From: Neoconidiobolus thromboides FSU 785
Taxonomy: Eukaryota > Fungi > Entomophthoromycota
Reading direction: 5' to 3'
Assembly: GCA_025603075.1 (NCBI GenBank)
Contig: MU626297.1
Coordinates: 62,001-126,000 of the forward strand
Length of the DNA stretch: 64,000 nt
Position numbers and translations under genes: made by a program
In this document: positions 50,836-63,750 of the stretch, one piece after another
How positions within the stretch are numbered: the first letter of the stretch is position 1
Layout of the letters: the number at the start of each line of letters is the position of its first letter
The notes under the pieces: model-generated
Told to the model about the DNA's origin: nothing
What the model saw: the letters and a program-made list of their open reading frames with translations, nothing else
Databases searched by the model: none

Positions 50836-53561
50836 ATGATGACAACTGAGAAAGAATTAGCAAATCCTACTATTCACCCACCACATTTACCACCTGCCAA
50901 ACAAGAGCAGATGGAAGAAGTAACAAAATCATTTGCTTCTCATCCTCCAGAGGGTTTATCTGACCCAGATCCTATTCATGATGTACCATCAAGATTATTT
51001 GATGCTACCAAATATCCAAAACCACACTTTTCTTCCTTTGAACATTACCAAACTGAACACAAAGAAAGTATAACTAATCCAAATAAATTCTGGGGAGAGG
51101 TAATTACTTTAATATTTTTTATTATAATATAAGTTAATCTTTAAAATTATAGAAAGCAAAAGAATTATTAAGCTGGGATAAACCATTTACTAAAGTTCTT
51201 GAAGGGTATGTTAAAATTTAAAATATTGCTTTATTGTACTGAAAAATAATTTAGTTCTTTAAAAGAAGGTAACGTTACCTGGTTTGCCGATGGTACTTTA
51301 AATGCCAGTTATAATTGTGTTGATCGTCATGCTGAAAAAAATCCAGATAAGGTAATGACTCTAAAATAATAGGATCAAATTATTAATTATCATTTTTGTA
51401 GATTGCTATTATTTATGAAGCAGATGAGCCTGGTCAGGGTTATAAAGTAACTTATGGGGAATTGAAAGATATGGTATCTCGTTTAGCAAATGTACTTTTA
51501 TCCTATGGTTTGAAAAAAGGAGATACTGTTGCTATCTACCTTCCTATGGTACCTGAAGCACTTGCTTCAGTGTTAGCATGTGCTAGAATTGGTGTATTGC
51601 ATTCGTAATTAATTACTTCGATATTATTATATACTATATTTACTCATTAAATTAGATTGATCTTTGCTGGTTTCTCTGCTAGTTCATTAGGGGATCGTAT
51701 ACGCCATGCTGAGTCAAAAGTACTCATCACCGCTGATCAAGGTAAAAGAGGTTCCAAAGTAATTGACCTCAAAAAGATCGCAGACGAAGCTGTATTAACT
51801 TGCCCAACTATTGAAGTAAGTAAATCAATATTTAAATTTGAATTTAAATTTAAATGTTTAATTAGAATGTTCTTGTATTCAAAAGAACTGGAAACGTTTC
51901 TGTACCATTTCAATCACCACGTGATAAATGGTGGAATGAAGAATTAGTAATCATATTATAAAAACATTATATATTTCATTAAACTGTTATTTATTTAGCT
52001 TAAACATGAAGCTAATTGCCCCCCTGTAGCAGTAAATGCAGAAGATCCACTATTTTTGTTATATACTTCTGGAAGGTAGCTATTTTAATATGTACATCAA
52101 ATTAAAACTAAGTTATTTAGTACTGGAACTCCAAAAGGCGTTGTACATACCACTGCTGGGTACCTTTTAGGTGCTGCAGCAACAACGAAATATGTATTTG
52201 ATTGTCATGAGGGGGATGTATTTGGATGTACTGCAGATATCGGGTAATTAATTTTATTTAGTAACAATTATTTAATTAATTTTATTTTAGATGGATTACT
52301 GGCCATTCCTACCTTACATATGGCCCACTTGCTTTAGGACTTACAACTGTTGTATTTGAAAGTGTTCCTACCTATCCAAATGCTTCTCGTTATTGGTATA
52401 TTATTAATGAATGATGACTTAGAGATATTAACTTATTTGATTAGGAAAATGGTAGAAGACCATAAAATAACTCAATTTTATACCTCACCCACTGCTATCC
52501 GTGCTTTAAGACGTTTAGGAGATTCATGGGTAGAAGGCCATGATTTATCTTCTCTCCGTGTTATTGGTAGTGTAGGTGAACCAATCAACCCAGAGGTAAT
52601 TTAACTAAAAAATACCTGAAAAATAATTAAACCATCAATTTTAGGCTTGGGATTGGTATAATCTTAAAGTTGGTAAAGGACAGTGTGCAGTTGTTGATAC
52701 TTATTGGCAAACTGAAACAGGTTCTATTATCATTACGCCACTTCCTGGAGCAGTACGTACTAAGCCAGGATCTGCCACTTTCCCATTCTTTGGTATTGAC
52801 CCTGTGATTTTAGATGCTCATACTGGTGAAGAACTTCTTGGAAACGATGTGACTGGAGTACTTGCAGTTAGAAACCCATGGCCATCTATCACTCGTACTG
52901 TATTTAAAGATCATAAAAGATATATGGAAGCTTATCTTAAAGTTTATGATGGTAATATAATAATATTACAGTATAATATCAGTATTTATAAATATTTTTA
53001 TTAGGATTTTATTTCACTGGTGATGGCGCAACAAGAGATAAGGATGGTTACATATGGATTCGTGGTAGAGTTGATGGTAATAGATATATATTTATATTAA
53101 AATTAAGATTATTAATTTAATAAGATGTTATCAACGTCTCTGGCCATCGTTTAAGTACCTCTGAAATTGAATCTGCTTTGATTCTTAACGGTTCTGTTGC
53201 TGAAGCAGCCGTTGTTGGTATTGCAGACCCAGTAACTGGACAAGCAATTTGTGCCTTTGTTACACTTAAACCAGATATTAAAACACCAGAAGCTGATTTA
53301 ATTAAAGAATTTGTAGCTGGCGTAAGAAAGAACATTGGACCATTTGCAGCACCTAAGAAAATCATTATTACTGAAGATTTACCTAAAACACGCTCTGGTA
53401 AAATTATCAGAAGAATTTTAAGAAAGATCGTAGCTGGTGAAGCTAAAGAAATAGGTGATCTTAGTACAGTTGCTGATCCAAGGTAAATTATAGTAGTTTT
53501 TTTAAAATACATTTGTTAACTATTTAGTGTTGTTGATCAATTGATTAAAAAGGTTGGTTAA
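50836..53561 (+). CDS. ACS: Acetyl-CoA synthetase (AMP-forming), ~12 exons
   Basis: [18 protein letters not shown]; [11 protein letters not shown]|STGTPKG; [11 protein letters not shown]; [10 protein letters not shown]; GRVD|[19 protein letters not shown]; acetylation-site loop [12 protein letters not shown]. An in-frame upstream ATG exists at 50818. Confidence 0.97.
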
Positions 53562-54039
53562 AGTGTTATTTTCTTCTCTTAATAAAGTATCATATTTAAA
53601 ATTTATCAACATAAAACTTTAGTATTGAGCTTTCATTTAATAAATCTATCAATTAAACAAAAAAGCATTCTTTTTATGTTTATTCTACTTTTATAATGTG
53701 GAATAATGAAAATTATTAAATACTAAGACAAAGATGATGTTACACTACATGGGGATGTCCAAATTGGTTTCATTTTTTTATCCAATTTTTAAATATATAC
53801 TTTAAAAACTTTGCTTAAAATTTTACAAAAATAAATCTCTTATTAAAAACCAATAGTGTTTGATCTGATCTGATCTGACACAGCTACGAATTATCAATAT
53901 ATTATTAAGTTAATAAATAGCTGTATATAAGGGAGTAGTTAGCCATAAAACTATGGTTGTCTATTTTTATTTATTATTACAACTATCTGCTCTTTAATTA
54001 TATATTAACTTAGTTATTAATAATTTAAGTAATATTAAC

Positions 54040-54142
54040 ATTTGGGGATGTATTTTCGTATTTAAGAATTTTATTAACAATCTCTCCACTCAAATAACGC
54101 TTAAAGATAGAAAAGTAACAAAGCCTAAAAACATCCCCATTT
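54040..54142 (+). mobile_element. MITE-like dispersed repeat, copy G (best-preserved TIRs)
   Basis: Ends ATTTGGGGATGT / ACATCCCCATTT contain a perfect TGGGGATGT/ACATCCCCA inverted repeat around the shared core. Confidence 0.8.
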
Positions 54143-54323
54143 AAGGATTTATTTTCATCATTTAATAAAACACTCGCCTGCTTAATAAATATTGCAATTT
54201 TTCAATTTATTATTATTATAAGATGAATGCTAAGGTTAGTTTTTTAATCTCTGTTTCTTATAGACTTTAAAACTTCAATTAGATTTATATTATTATTTTT
54301 AATCTATCAAATACTCTATAATG

Positions 54324-54430
54324 ATATGGAGATGTTTTTTTTGGTTTTATTGTTTTTCCATCTTTTAAACGCTTATTTGAGTGGAAAAATTGTTAGTAAA
54401 ATTCTTAGACAAAAAGACATATCCTCATAT
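54324..54430 (-). mobile_element. MITE-like dispersed repeat, copy H
   Basis: Ends ATATGGAGATGT / ATATCCTCATAT. Inverted relative to copy G, ~180 bp away. Confidence 0.75.
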
Positions 54431-55937
54431 GGTTTATTTCATATTTAATAAAATATAAAGATTTCTTAGTATTTTATGTTTTTAATATTTTTTTAAAATT
54501 ATATCTGTTTTGTGAAATCTAGTACTCAGTGATTGGAGTCAACAACAATTATTGCTTAGTTGACTATACTGTAAGTCGAAAGGTCTTAGTTTATGTGACT
54601 AAGATAGACTTGAATTATGAAGAATACCACGTAATAGACTACAGACTATGTAAAACAAATAGAACAGACAATAATAATGTAAAATCTACGTAAAATACTA
54701 TTAAGGAAACTTATTGGGCTTATTAAATGTTCGAGATATCAGGGAATAATTCAGTTAAAAAGCCTAGAGCTATTATGTTTTATAATCTCTTTTATACTCC
54801 GATAACTATAAATATCAAAACGAGAGGATTATATTTTTTGAGACAAAGATAGAACTTCTCTTAGCAAATCAGAATAAGAGCATGGGACTAATTATCCCTA
54901 TAATTGAGAACACAACAGCTTAGGAAATTATTATACTATAATTAGCCATGGGGCTGACAAAGCGATGTTTCACATAGGGATGTTTTTTTATATTTTAATG
55001 GTAGATCATAATATTAGTATTTTATTATTAATTATTTTTAAATAGTTATGTTGACTTTTATTTAAAAAAATATATTAAAGCTATAGTTGATAGTAGTGTC
55101 ATTTATCGGTTTTTACTTGTTTCCTTTGAAATATTAATTTTTACACTATTTGATTAAATTCATTATTAGAATAATAAATTCTAATAATTTTATTGTTATC
55201 ATTATATCATGAAACTTCATAAGCTCTGGGTTATTATAAACAATTGTTAAAAATAATACAAATGAATTACAATGTTTGTATAATGTGTTTTTCCTTATTA
55301 TATTAAAATTTAGTTATAAAAGCTTGCATCTTATTTTTATTAAAATAAAAATAATATAAAACATATAATTAAAAAAATTAATTATTTAAAAAAAAATAAA
55401 GTAGTTGAAATAAGTCTTTTAAGTTAAATAAAAAGATTTAATTTCAAGCTTTTTAAATTTAACCATATAATAAAGACTTACAAATTTAAACTTAAATTTA
55501 GATCGATTTTCAAATTCTGAAACTAATTTAGACATCCCTGTATGTTGCTTTTACTTTATTTTCATAGTAAATTGAAGTTGATTTAAGATATGATTTGCAT
55601 TATTAATTTCTTATATATCTTATTTATTATTAAAGTATACAAGTTGAATAAATATCAGTTGAATTCTTGGAAAAAAAGCATACTCCTAGGGTATTATTAC
55701 TAGATCATTTCTCACTATTTCCATCCAATACCCCCTTTTATCTATAAATCTTTTTAAAAAAAAACAAAACACTGCCTGTTTAAAAGAGAAATATAAAAAA
55801 ATGCGCCCAATTGGTTTTATAACAAATCAAAACTACCTTAAAGCAGGATGTTTTTATAATGATAATTAAAAATGTTATAGTAAATTAATTTAGAATTATA
55901 TTTTTTAAATACTACTAAATAATACGTTAGTCCATTA

Positions 55938-55970
55938 TTTAACTTTAACTTTAACTTTAACTTTAACTTT
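55938..55970. repeat. (TTTAAC)5 microsatellite
   Basis: Five tandem hexamers downstream of the MRPL1 stop. Confidence 0.85.
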
Positions 55971-56042
55971 TTATGTTATTCATCCTGTATTTTATTGCTT
56001 ATATCATTGTAACATAATGTAAGTCTATCTATCAATTTTTAT

Positions 56043-57277
56043 TTACTCAGTTTGAGAATGCAATAACTTGTATTTTGAAACAGTGTTAGCAATAATATCG
56101 TCGACTAAAAGACCGGGTAATTGATTAGTGGAGATACATACTTGTTGTAAGAAACCTAAACCAAATGAATATATAGTAAATAAATTTAATAATAAAACAT
56201 TACCTTTTTTGACAGAAGGAGCACCGATTTCATAGATTGAACTCAAAACAGTTTGGATATTATCTAATTTAAGGTTAATTTGTATCTTTTAATATTGATT
56301 TTACGATTACCTTGGATTTCTTGGTCATTAAATCCAAGCTATATAATATTAAATTAAGACACTTTTTCACCAAATGATAAAAGTTATACCTTAGCTATAC
56401 CTGAATTATAATTTTAATATATTGTTCCATGATAAATGTTAGTTAATTTACCTAAACGTACCATACCAGTATGATCAGATTTATAATCGAACATACCTTT
56501 GAATTGCATAATAGCTGGGGCTAAATCATTTGTTACATTTCCTAAATGTTGTTAACAACAATTCATAAAAACACTATAAAGTTACCCTTTTTAACTGTTG
56601 GCATAAGACCTCTAGGACCAAGAACACGAGCAATTTTAGTTACTTGTGGTAACATAGCAGGTGTAGAAATACATTTATTAAACTCAATTAAACCTTCTTG
56701 AATCTAATTGAATGAAATTATAACTCGGTAAATTCTCATCAGCTTAGTTATTACCTGTTGAATAAGCTCACCTCCTCCAACAATATCAGCTCCTGCTGCT
56801 TTTGCTTCTTCAGCTGCTTTACCCTTTTTTAAAAGATGAGTTTGTTACTTACTTATAGTTTAGATTATTATTACCTCAGCAAAAACTAAAACAATAGAGT
56901 CTTGGTTCATGGCTTTAGGTAATATAACTGAACCTAATAGCTCTTTATTATATTTATTACGATCATAGCGAACCATTAATTCAATTGTTTTATCTTTAGT
57001 GGCATCAAAGTCGTGACTCTTTAATTTAAAACAATCATGATTAGCTAAATTGCTTTATTCGTATTATTATTGTTTACTCTTAATATATTCATTGCCTCTT
57101 TAAACGATATAGCTCCAAAATTACGAGTTTTTTTGTTCTTCTTATTACCGCTTCCTTTAACTGAAGCATAGCTTCGAGTAATAATCTTTCAAGTGTTATT
57201 TATTAAGTTATTATCAAGTTTGATTGTCACCTTACCTTTGTAATAGTTGAATTTCTATTTAAATTATTAACTAACAT
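56043..57277 (-). CDS. MRPL1: Mitochondrial ribosomal protein uL1m, multi-exon
   Basis: TIELMVRYD...LGSVILPK...IVLVFAE; AEEAKAAGADIVGGGELIQQ; FNKCISTPAML...IARVLGPRGLMPTVKK|GNVTNDL. These are uL1 signatures, preceded by an N-terminal presequence-like extension. Confidence 0.9.
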
Positions 57278-57447
57278 TTTATATTATTATCTTTTTATCT
57301 AAAAAATAAGTTAATCTCAATTAGTTTTTTGATTCTAAAAACAAACTTGAGATAAATTCAACCAATAAAATATGCTCATTTAGGATTAAAACTATCTAAT
57401 AAAATGAGCTTTTGTTTATTTTTATCACTTATTAAACCAAAAGCAAA

Positions 57448-58165
57448 ATGAATGAAAATGAAATGAAGAGTGAAAAACCAAAAGAAATAAACAGTAAAGG
57501 AAATCAAATAAATGACAAAGAAGAAGAGATAAATGAGAAAGAAAATGGATTTAGGTTTAAAAAAAGGGATACTAGTATTAAAAAGAATTTAAGAAAGAGA
57601 AAAATCGATCCAGATGAAGGTAAAGAGCAAGAAAAGGAGGATAAAAAGGGGGATGAAAAGGGTTCACTAAATGAGCAAGATAAAATCGAAAATGAAATAA
57701 AGTAAGTTTTGATTTTTATGAGTATTGTTTAATATTTAATAACGATTATAGTGAAGAAGAAATAAAAACTCTATTAGAATTACGTTCATTAATTAAACCT
57801 AAAAGGGGAGTTAAAGGAAACTTGAATAAAAATCAAGAAAAAAAAGTAAAAAAGAATCAAGCGATGGAATCATTTACTAACTCTACAATATTATTGAATA
57901 TGGAGCACCATATGAATAACTATATTAGCTCAAGGCTAAATCAAACTAAGGATCCTACTTTAGATCTTGAACAAGATATTAGAAACGAAAACGAAGAGAG
58001 CAATTCAAAAAATAATAAAGCAGGGATGGATAAATGGATCAATTCTAATGCATTTTTAACCAAAGTACAAGAAGTAGATTTAAACGATGAGTAAGTAATT
58101 ATTTTATTTTATTTTATTTTATCTTCATTAAACTTTTTTTTAGAAAAATAAAGAGTAAAGAATAA
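57448..58165 (+). CDS. TLS1: Tls1/C9orf78 (Hep_59)-like splicing factor, 3 exons, apparently C-terminally short
   Basis: FKKRDTSIKKNLRKRK; LLELRSLIKPKRGV; ESFTNSTILLNMEHHMNNYISSRL; FLTKVQEVDLND|EKIK resemble C9orf78 blocks. Confidence 0.65.
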
Positions 58166-58195
58166 AATTATATTTATTAACATTATATTTTTATT

Positions 58196-60169
58196 TTATT
58201 TATAAATTGAATACATTGAATATTGTATTAATGCAAATAATACTACCATTAAGAAATAAGGTAACATTATTATTACTATTGGTGAAACAACAAATATATT
58301 TTTAAATTCCTTAATGATCAATGGTAATATTACTCTACAACCAGTAAAAAATAGCTTAAATGATTCGATAAATGCTATTGGTTGATAATAAAATGGGGAA
58401 CGTACTACCATTAAATATTGAGCATATAAACATACTCTAAAGAAATGATATGTTAAATAATATGGTCTACTATCAATACTATATTATAATAAAAGTTAAT
58501 AAATATTATTATACTATTATAGTTATGTTTACCCTGATAAAAAGTTGATTGGGCCATCCACACAAATACCACCCAACTTAAAGTACTCAAAGCAACCTTC
58601 TTGTAATAAAAATAAATTTGGATCTAATAAATAATCAGTTTTGTACTTAATAATATAAGATGATTGCAGTATTTACCATCTTCTGCTTGAAATAAAGCAT
58701 ATAAGGCATTTGCTAAAATATTGATTACTGAACCTGTTGATTTACGTTTCCAATGGAATTGATAAAGTAAATCTTTAAGATTTTTTTGATTAGAAGTTGA
58801 TTCTAATAAGTCTTTTAAAGTTAAAATATCTTGAAATGCTATTGTCATTCCACCTCCTGTTAATGGATGTCTCATATTCATAGCATCCCCTGCCATTATT
58901 AAGCCATCTGGGAATAAAGCATTTTGTGTAGGTGGTAAAAATGAATTTGGCATTACTCTTGGTTTTTGGTCCATTACTGCTGATTTAAAACTTGACTAAT
59001 AAAATTGCTAATATTATTATATGTACTAAAAATACTACTATTATATTTACTTGAAGTGATTTAGGTAATTCGCTTAATACTTTTTCCAATAAATAACTCT
59101 AAAATTTATTATTAATTAAATCTTAAGATTGATTGTTATAATAGTTACTTTTAAGTCTCCATTGGATATACTTGGTAATTTTCCTGCAATATCAATTAAA
59201 ACACGTGTATCTGGAGTTGATATTTGATATAATAAAATTGGTCCTGTTTTGCCTAATACAACATGCCCATGATGCTTATATGGTAATTCAGCATTTTTTA
59301 GTATAAACCTATTTATATTTAATTTATTTTCTATTTAAAATAAGAACTAATTTACCCTACAAAGTGAGATGTTGTTTCAGGTTCCATTGTAACTAAACCT
59401 TTACGGAATTTTGAAAAACAACCATCTGCAATAACAGTAATTGATGAAAAAAACTAATTATATATTATTATATTATTTATATTATATTATAATATATTAT
59501 TACCATTTTTATTTCTTCCCCTACTTTACATTGTACTCCTAATACTTTATCCATTTCTTTATCATATATCAGCTTATTTACTGTTCCTTCTACTATCGTA
59601 ATACTATATAATCATTAGTATTACTTTATTTATCTAATAATAATTACTTTTCTTCTTTTTTAGCCAAATTCCTAAGGTTAGTTATAAATCTACCATGATG
59701 AAAACTCCTACCATGATATTGTTCATTGTTTTCATCTTTCGTATAGGGAATAGTAATTGGTTTTCCTTTGAAAAAAATAGCATAGCCGTCTTCTTGAATT
59801 GAGTCAATGTTTTCCAAAGCATCTTCTAAGTTTAGTTTTTTCAATACTTCTAAGCCTCCAGGTTGTAATAGTTCTCCTACTATTCTATCTGGTTCTTTTA
59901 AATCTCTTTCTATTATCTTGTTATTTTATTCTTTCAATATCGTTATTGTTTCAATTACCAATCAATAATACTTTTTTTCCTTCCCTTGCCATTGTTGTTG
60001 CAAATGCTGCCCCAAATATCCCTGCTCCAATAACTAAATACTCATAATCTATGAACTACAGAATGATTTTATGATTAAAAAATATTATATTATATTTTAT
60101 TATATTAAATACTTTTTGATTATTTAACATATTTTTGTCAAGTTCGATAAAATTACTCTTAACATCCAT
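58196..60169 (-). CDS. ERG1: Squalene epoxidase (squalene monooxygenase), multi-exon
   Basis: YLVIGAGIFG; ERDLKEPDRIVGELLQPGG; GRSFHHGRFITNLR; IADGVFSKFRK; GPILLYQISTPDTRVLIDI; RVMPNSFLP; GDAMNMRHPLTGGGMT; SVINILANALYALF. Confidence 0.96.
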
Positions 60170-60448
60170 TTTAATAATACTTTTAGTAACAAAATAATAT
60201 ATTTTATTCAAATATATTTTATTTTTTATAGTAAATAGTAAATGGTTCCACTTTAAATGGTGATATTTTTTACACCAATTAAATTTATTTATAAAAATAT
60301 CATTCGTTTTTTAGTGTATTTTCTAAATCTCCTCAAACAAAAAGATCAAAAAAATCGGAGAGAAAAGTAATTATTTATGATAATATTTAATTAAGTTTAT
60401 CTTTAAAAATCAAATGTATAAAACTATTCTTATTAAATTCACTTTTTA

Positions 60449-61954
60449 TTAAATAAAAATTTTATTTATATCGATATTTTGGGATATCAGTTTAATCCTC
60501 CTTTTTTGTATAATTAAATTAATATCGTTTCTATTTAATAATAAAGGTTCATTCCAACTAGTGTTGTTTAATAGTTCCATTTCATTTAATGCTATTAACA
60601 AGTCGTTTTCAGTAATAAAAGTTAACTTTGATATTTGCTCAAGCGTTATTTTACCTTGATAGTTCAATAATATATCGATTATACTATTCATCCAGTACCT
60701 TAAATAACTTCTATACCCTGATTTAGATAATGGCCTTTCTGCTGATCCCATTTTACCCTCCACTTTTGATAATTTATAGCCTAAAAAGAATATGATTACT
60801 TTATTATTGTTATCATTGTCAAACAAAATGTATTACTGAATTCGATCAATAAAGTCCCATAGCCTTTGTTTTGGAAAGCGGGGAAAGTCAAAATGCAAGC
60901 CAGATTGTTTCCTTTAAATTCTTTTTCCTTAAAAATAAATAAATGCACAATGTAGTGTAGTATATATTATGTTTACTTTCGAGAAATAAGCTACAGGTTG
61001 AAACATATCGTTAATTTTAACAAACAATAAATAAAAATTAAAGCCTTTGAGTGAATAACAAATATCTTTATGGCTTATAAATAGTTTTGAAAATAAACAC
61101 AAATTTTGACATAACAACTATAATTTTTAACTGTATACTAATAACCAAATATATTAATTTACCTTTTCTTCTTCTCCATCCAATTTCATTATCATTTCGT
61201 TTTCTGTACAATATACTATCTGGTGTTCTTGATATTTATTTATGTTACATTTTTTCTATTAATGTTGTTATATTACATAATTGTAATAATAAAATAATAC
61301 TTACTAAATGTTCTTCATATGGATTAGTATATTGAAAATATTGAAAACAATAATGACAAATCAATAAAGTTTTGACATAATAATAATGATCTGGATACGG
61401 AGAAGGATAATAGCAAGGTATAAAGTGATCATTCATAAATACGTTATATACGTTTTTTATTGGATATTCTTCAAAGGTTAATGGTTTTCTTTCTGAATGC
61501 TATATAGTTTATTATATAAAATCTTAGAAATGATTTAAAAATGATTTAAAGTATTTTACTGCTATTATTCTTTTTGATGTATTTCCTTTATCTTGTTTCA
61601 GGTTATAAGAAAATTCTCCTTCAGAAAATGTTTCAATTTTATTTTTATTAACCCACTGATCATATTTTGTATCTACTATATAATATGTTATTATATTTCT
61701 TAAAAGAGTGTTTTCATATCAACAGTTGCTTACAATTTCCAAAGTGTAAATAATATTCCTTTTCTTTATTTTGGCTTATTCTTTCACTTATAATAGTAGC
61801 TGTAACTAATAAAATAAGTATTATAATTAAAAGTTATTTGCTTATTACTTAATTGATTTCCCCAATATAATTCGCATTCCCATCCTATTAGACTATTTAA
61901 TTTTAATTTATTCATTTTTCGAGTTGTAAAAATATATTCATTGTTTTTATTCAT
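60449..61954 (-). CDS. MYST-family histone acetyltransferase with Tudor-knot chromodomain and C2HC finger (divergent Esa1/Tip60/MOF-like), ~7 exons
   Basis: ATIISER...EYYLHFGN|LDTKYDQWV (Tudor-knot); IKNVYNVF...YYPSPYP; LICHYCFQY...EHL|KKC; CQNLCLFSKLFISHK; VAYFSK|EK...NNLACILTFPAFQNKGYG; GSAERPLSKSGYRSYLRYW. Confidence 0.88.
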
Positions 61955-62169
61955 GAATTTTTATTTTCGTTTTTTTGATTGGAATCTTCTTTTAATAGTT
62001 TAATTAGTAACATAATAAAAATTTCTTGTTTTGTTGAATTGTATAATTAATTGATTTCATAGTGCCCTTAAGAATAAGCTTATTTAAAGCAAGTCCAGTT
62101 CTTTTGAGATTAGACTTGACTGTCAAAAAAGGTGCTTTTGTTTTTCTGTTGTTTATTTTTACTACTACA

Positions 62170-63222
62170 ATGAGATTTGAATCTGTTTATTTAACGACAG
62201 CACTAGCCATCGAAGTTGTATTTTCATTGATAGCGGTAGCATTAAATATCTTATTGTTGCTAAGTATCAGTAAACTGAAGGCGAGTAAGAGGAGAAGTAA
62301 TGACATTGTTATTATTCAGCTACTATCAATCCTAGACTTTATCTATTCAACGTTTTCATTTTTCAATTCAGCTATAGTATTAGCGACTAAGAACAAGTAT
62401 TTTTACAATAATAGTACTTTATGCTGGATAGAAAGTATCATAAAGTACGTTTACTTATTAAACAATTTATCGCTATTATCTCTGCTGTCTTTCTTAAGGT
62501 ATTATATTATAGTTAAAGAAAAGAAAGTCAAAAAAAAATATATTATTATTATTATTATAGTTAATTTTTTAATCAATATCATCCTGCTAGTAGTAAACTT
62601 AGTATTATCGACACCAAAGCTAATGCCAATCCAAAGCTACTGTTTATTAAGAAAAAAACAAACTACATTATCAGCAGGCATCTATGTTCGATTTTTTAAT
62701 GTATTCTTCATTATCAAACTATTTGTATTTTTATTTATTATTTATTATTCTTATTTGAGTTTAATATATTATTATTATAAAAAATGTCATTCCATTTTAC
62801 TATCCAATTTGATTAATTATGATAATAATAGTAATAATATTAATGGTAATAGTAATAGTAATATAAATATAAATATAAATAACAATAATATAAATAATTA
62901 CATTTCAAATAATAATTTACTTTACTTGAATTATAATAGTCATATTAAAAAGACATTAATATTTATCATTGTTAAAGCGTTTATCATTTTGCTTTCATAC
63001 ACCTTGACTGTTATACCAGATCTAGTGACGTTGATCCCATATACACTGTCAAAAATAAAGATTAACCCAGAAATTGACTTAATTTGTTCAATTTTAAGAT
63101 CTTTAATGCCCTTATTTGATGCCATCTTTGTCTTGATTCTACACGATGATGTTTTTGTTTCATTAAAAAGTATGATTTTTGATGTTAGTAGCTATAATAC
63201 TAGCTATTATCAAATTAATTAA
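62170..63222 (+). CDS. Divergent class-A (rhodopsin-like) 7TM GPCR, single exon
   Basis: Seven hydrophobic segments; TM1 IAVALNILL; TM2 LSILDF; conserved Cys (STLCWIE, QSYC); TM3 end SFLRY (DRY position); TM6 LTVIP; TM7 PLFDAIF; Asn-rich third intracellular loop. First ATG at 62170; the ORF track starts at a GTG. Confidence 0.8.
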   Translation: MRFESVYLTTALAIEVVFSLIAVALNILLLLSISKLKASKRRSNDIVIIQLLSILDFIYSTFSFFNSAIVLATKNKYFYNNSTLCWIESIIKYVYLLNNLSLLSLLSFLRYYIIVKEKKVKKKYIIIIIIVNFLINIILLVVNLVLSTPKLMPIQSYCLLRKKQTTLSAGIYVRFFNVFFIIKLFVFLFIIYYSYLSLIYYYYKKCHSILLSNLINYDNNSNNINGNSNSNINININNNNINNYISNNNLLYLNYNSHIKKTLIFIIVKAFIILLSYTLTVIPDLVTLIPYTLSKIKINPEIDLICSILRSLMPLFDAIFVLILHDDVFVSLKSMIFDVSSYNTSYYQIN

Positions 63223-63750
63223 ATAGAATATACATAAGCTTAATCTTTATTCTGAGTTTTTAGCTATATAATGTGACTTAATTTTTACATTAAATCATTA
63301 AAATAAATAGTAATCTAATTATTATGCTAAGTCAAAATACTATAAATTAAAAATTCAATTATTCTTTTTGATTTCTTATATAAATATAAATAGTAAAATA
63401 ATAAATTCAGATATAATATTGGGTTAGTAAATCAACATTTAATATTCAAAATGAGATTATTATTAAATTCCTTAAATAAAATAAGTAAATTTACAATCTT
63501 GAATAAGAACATCACAAATTATAATAAACAGTTGAACTTAAATGTAAATATTAAGCATATATATCACAAACATAATAAGGATTTAAACAATTCTAGAGCA
63601 CTAAATAAGAACTTTTTATTATTAAATAATAAAATTGGTATGAAACATAACAGCAATTTGAATGTTATCTTAAGTTTAAATTTTCATTCAACAAGACAAA
63701 ATCAGTTTAATTCAACGATAATAATTTCATTAGTTAATTTAGCAAGTAGA

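Noticed and set aside
37554-61954. Telomere/genome-maintenance cluster (HROB, TERT, TLS1, MYST)
   Set aside because: The genes are interspersed with unrelated metabolic genes over 24 kb, with no shared regulatory element or evidence beyond chance.
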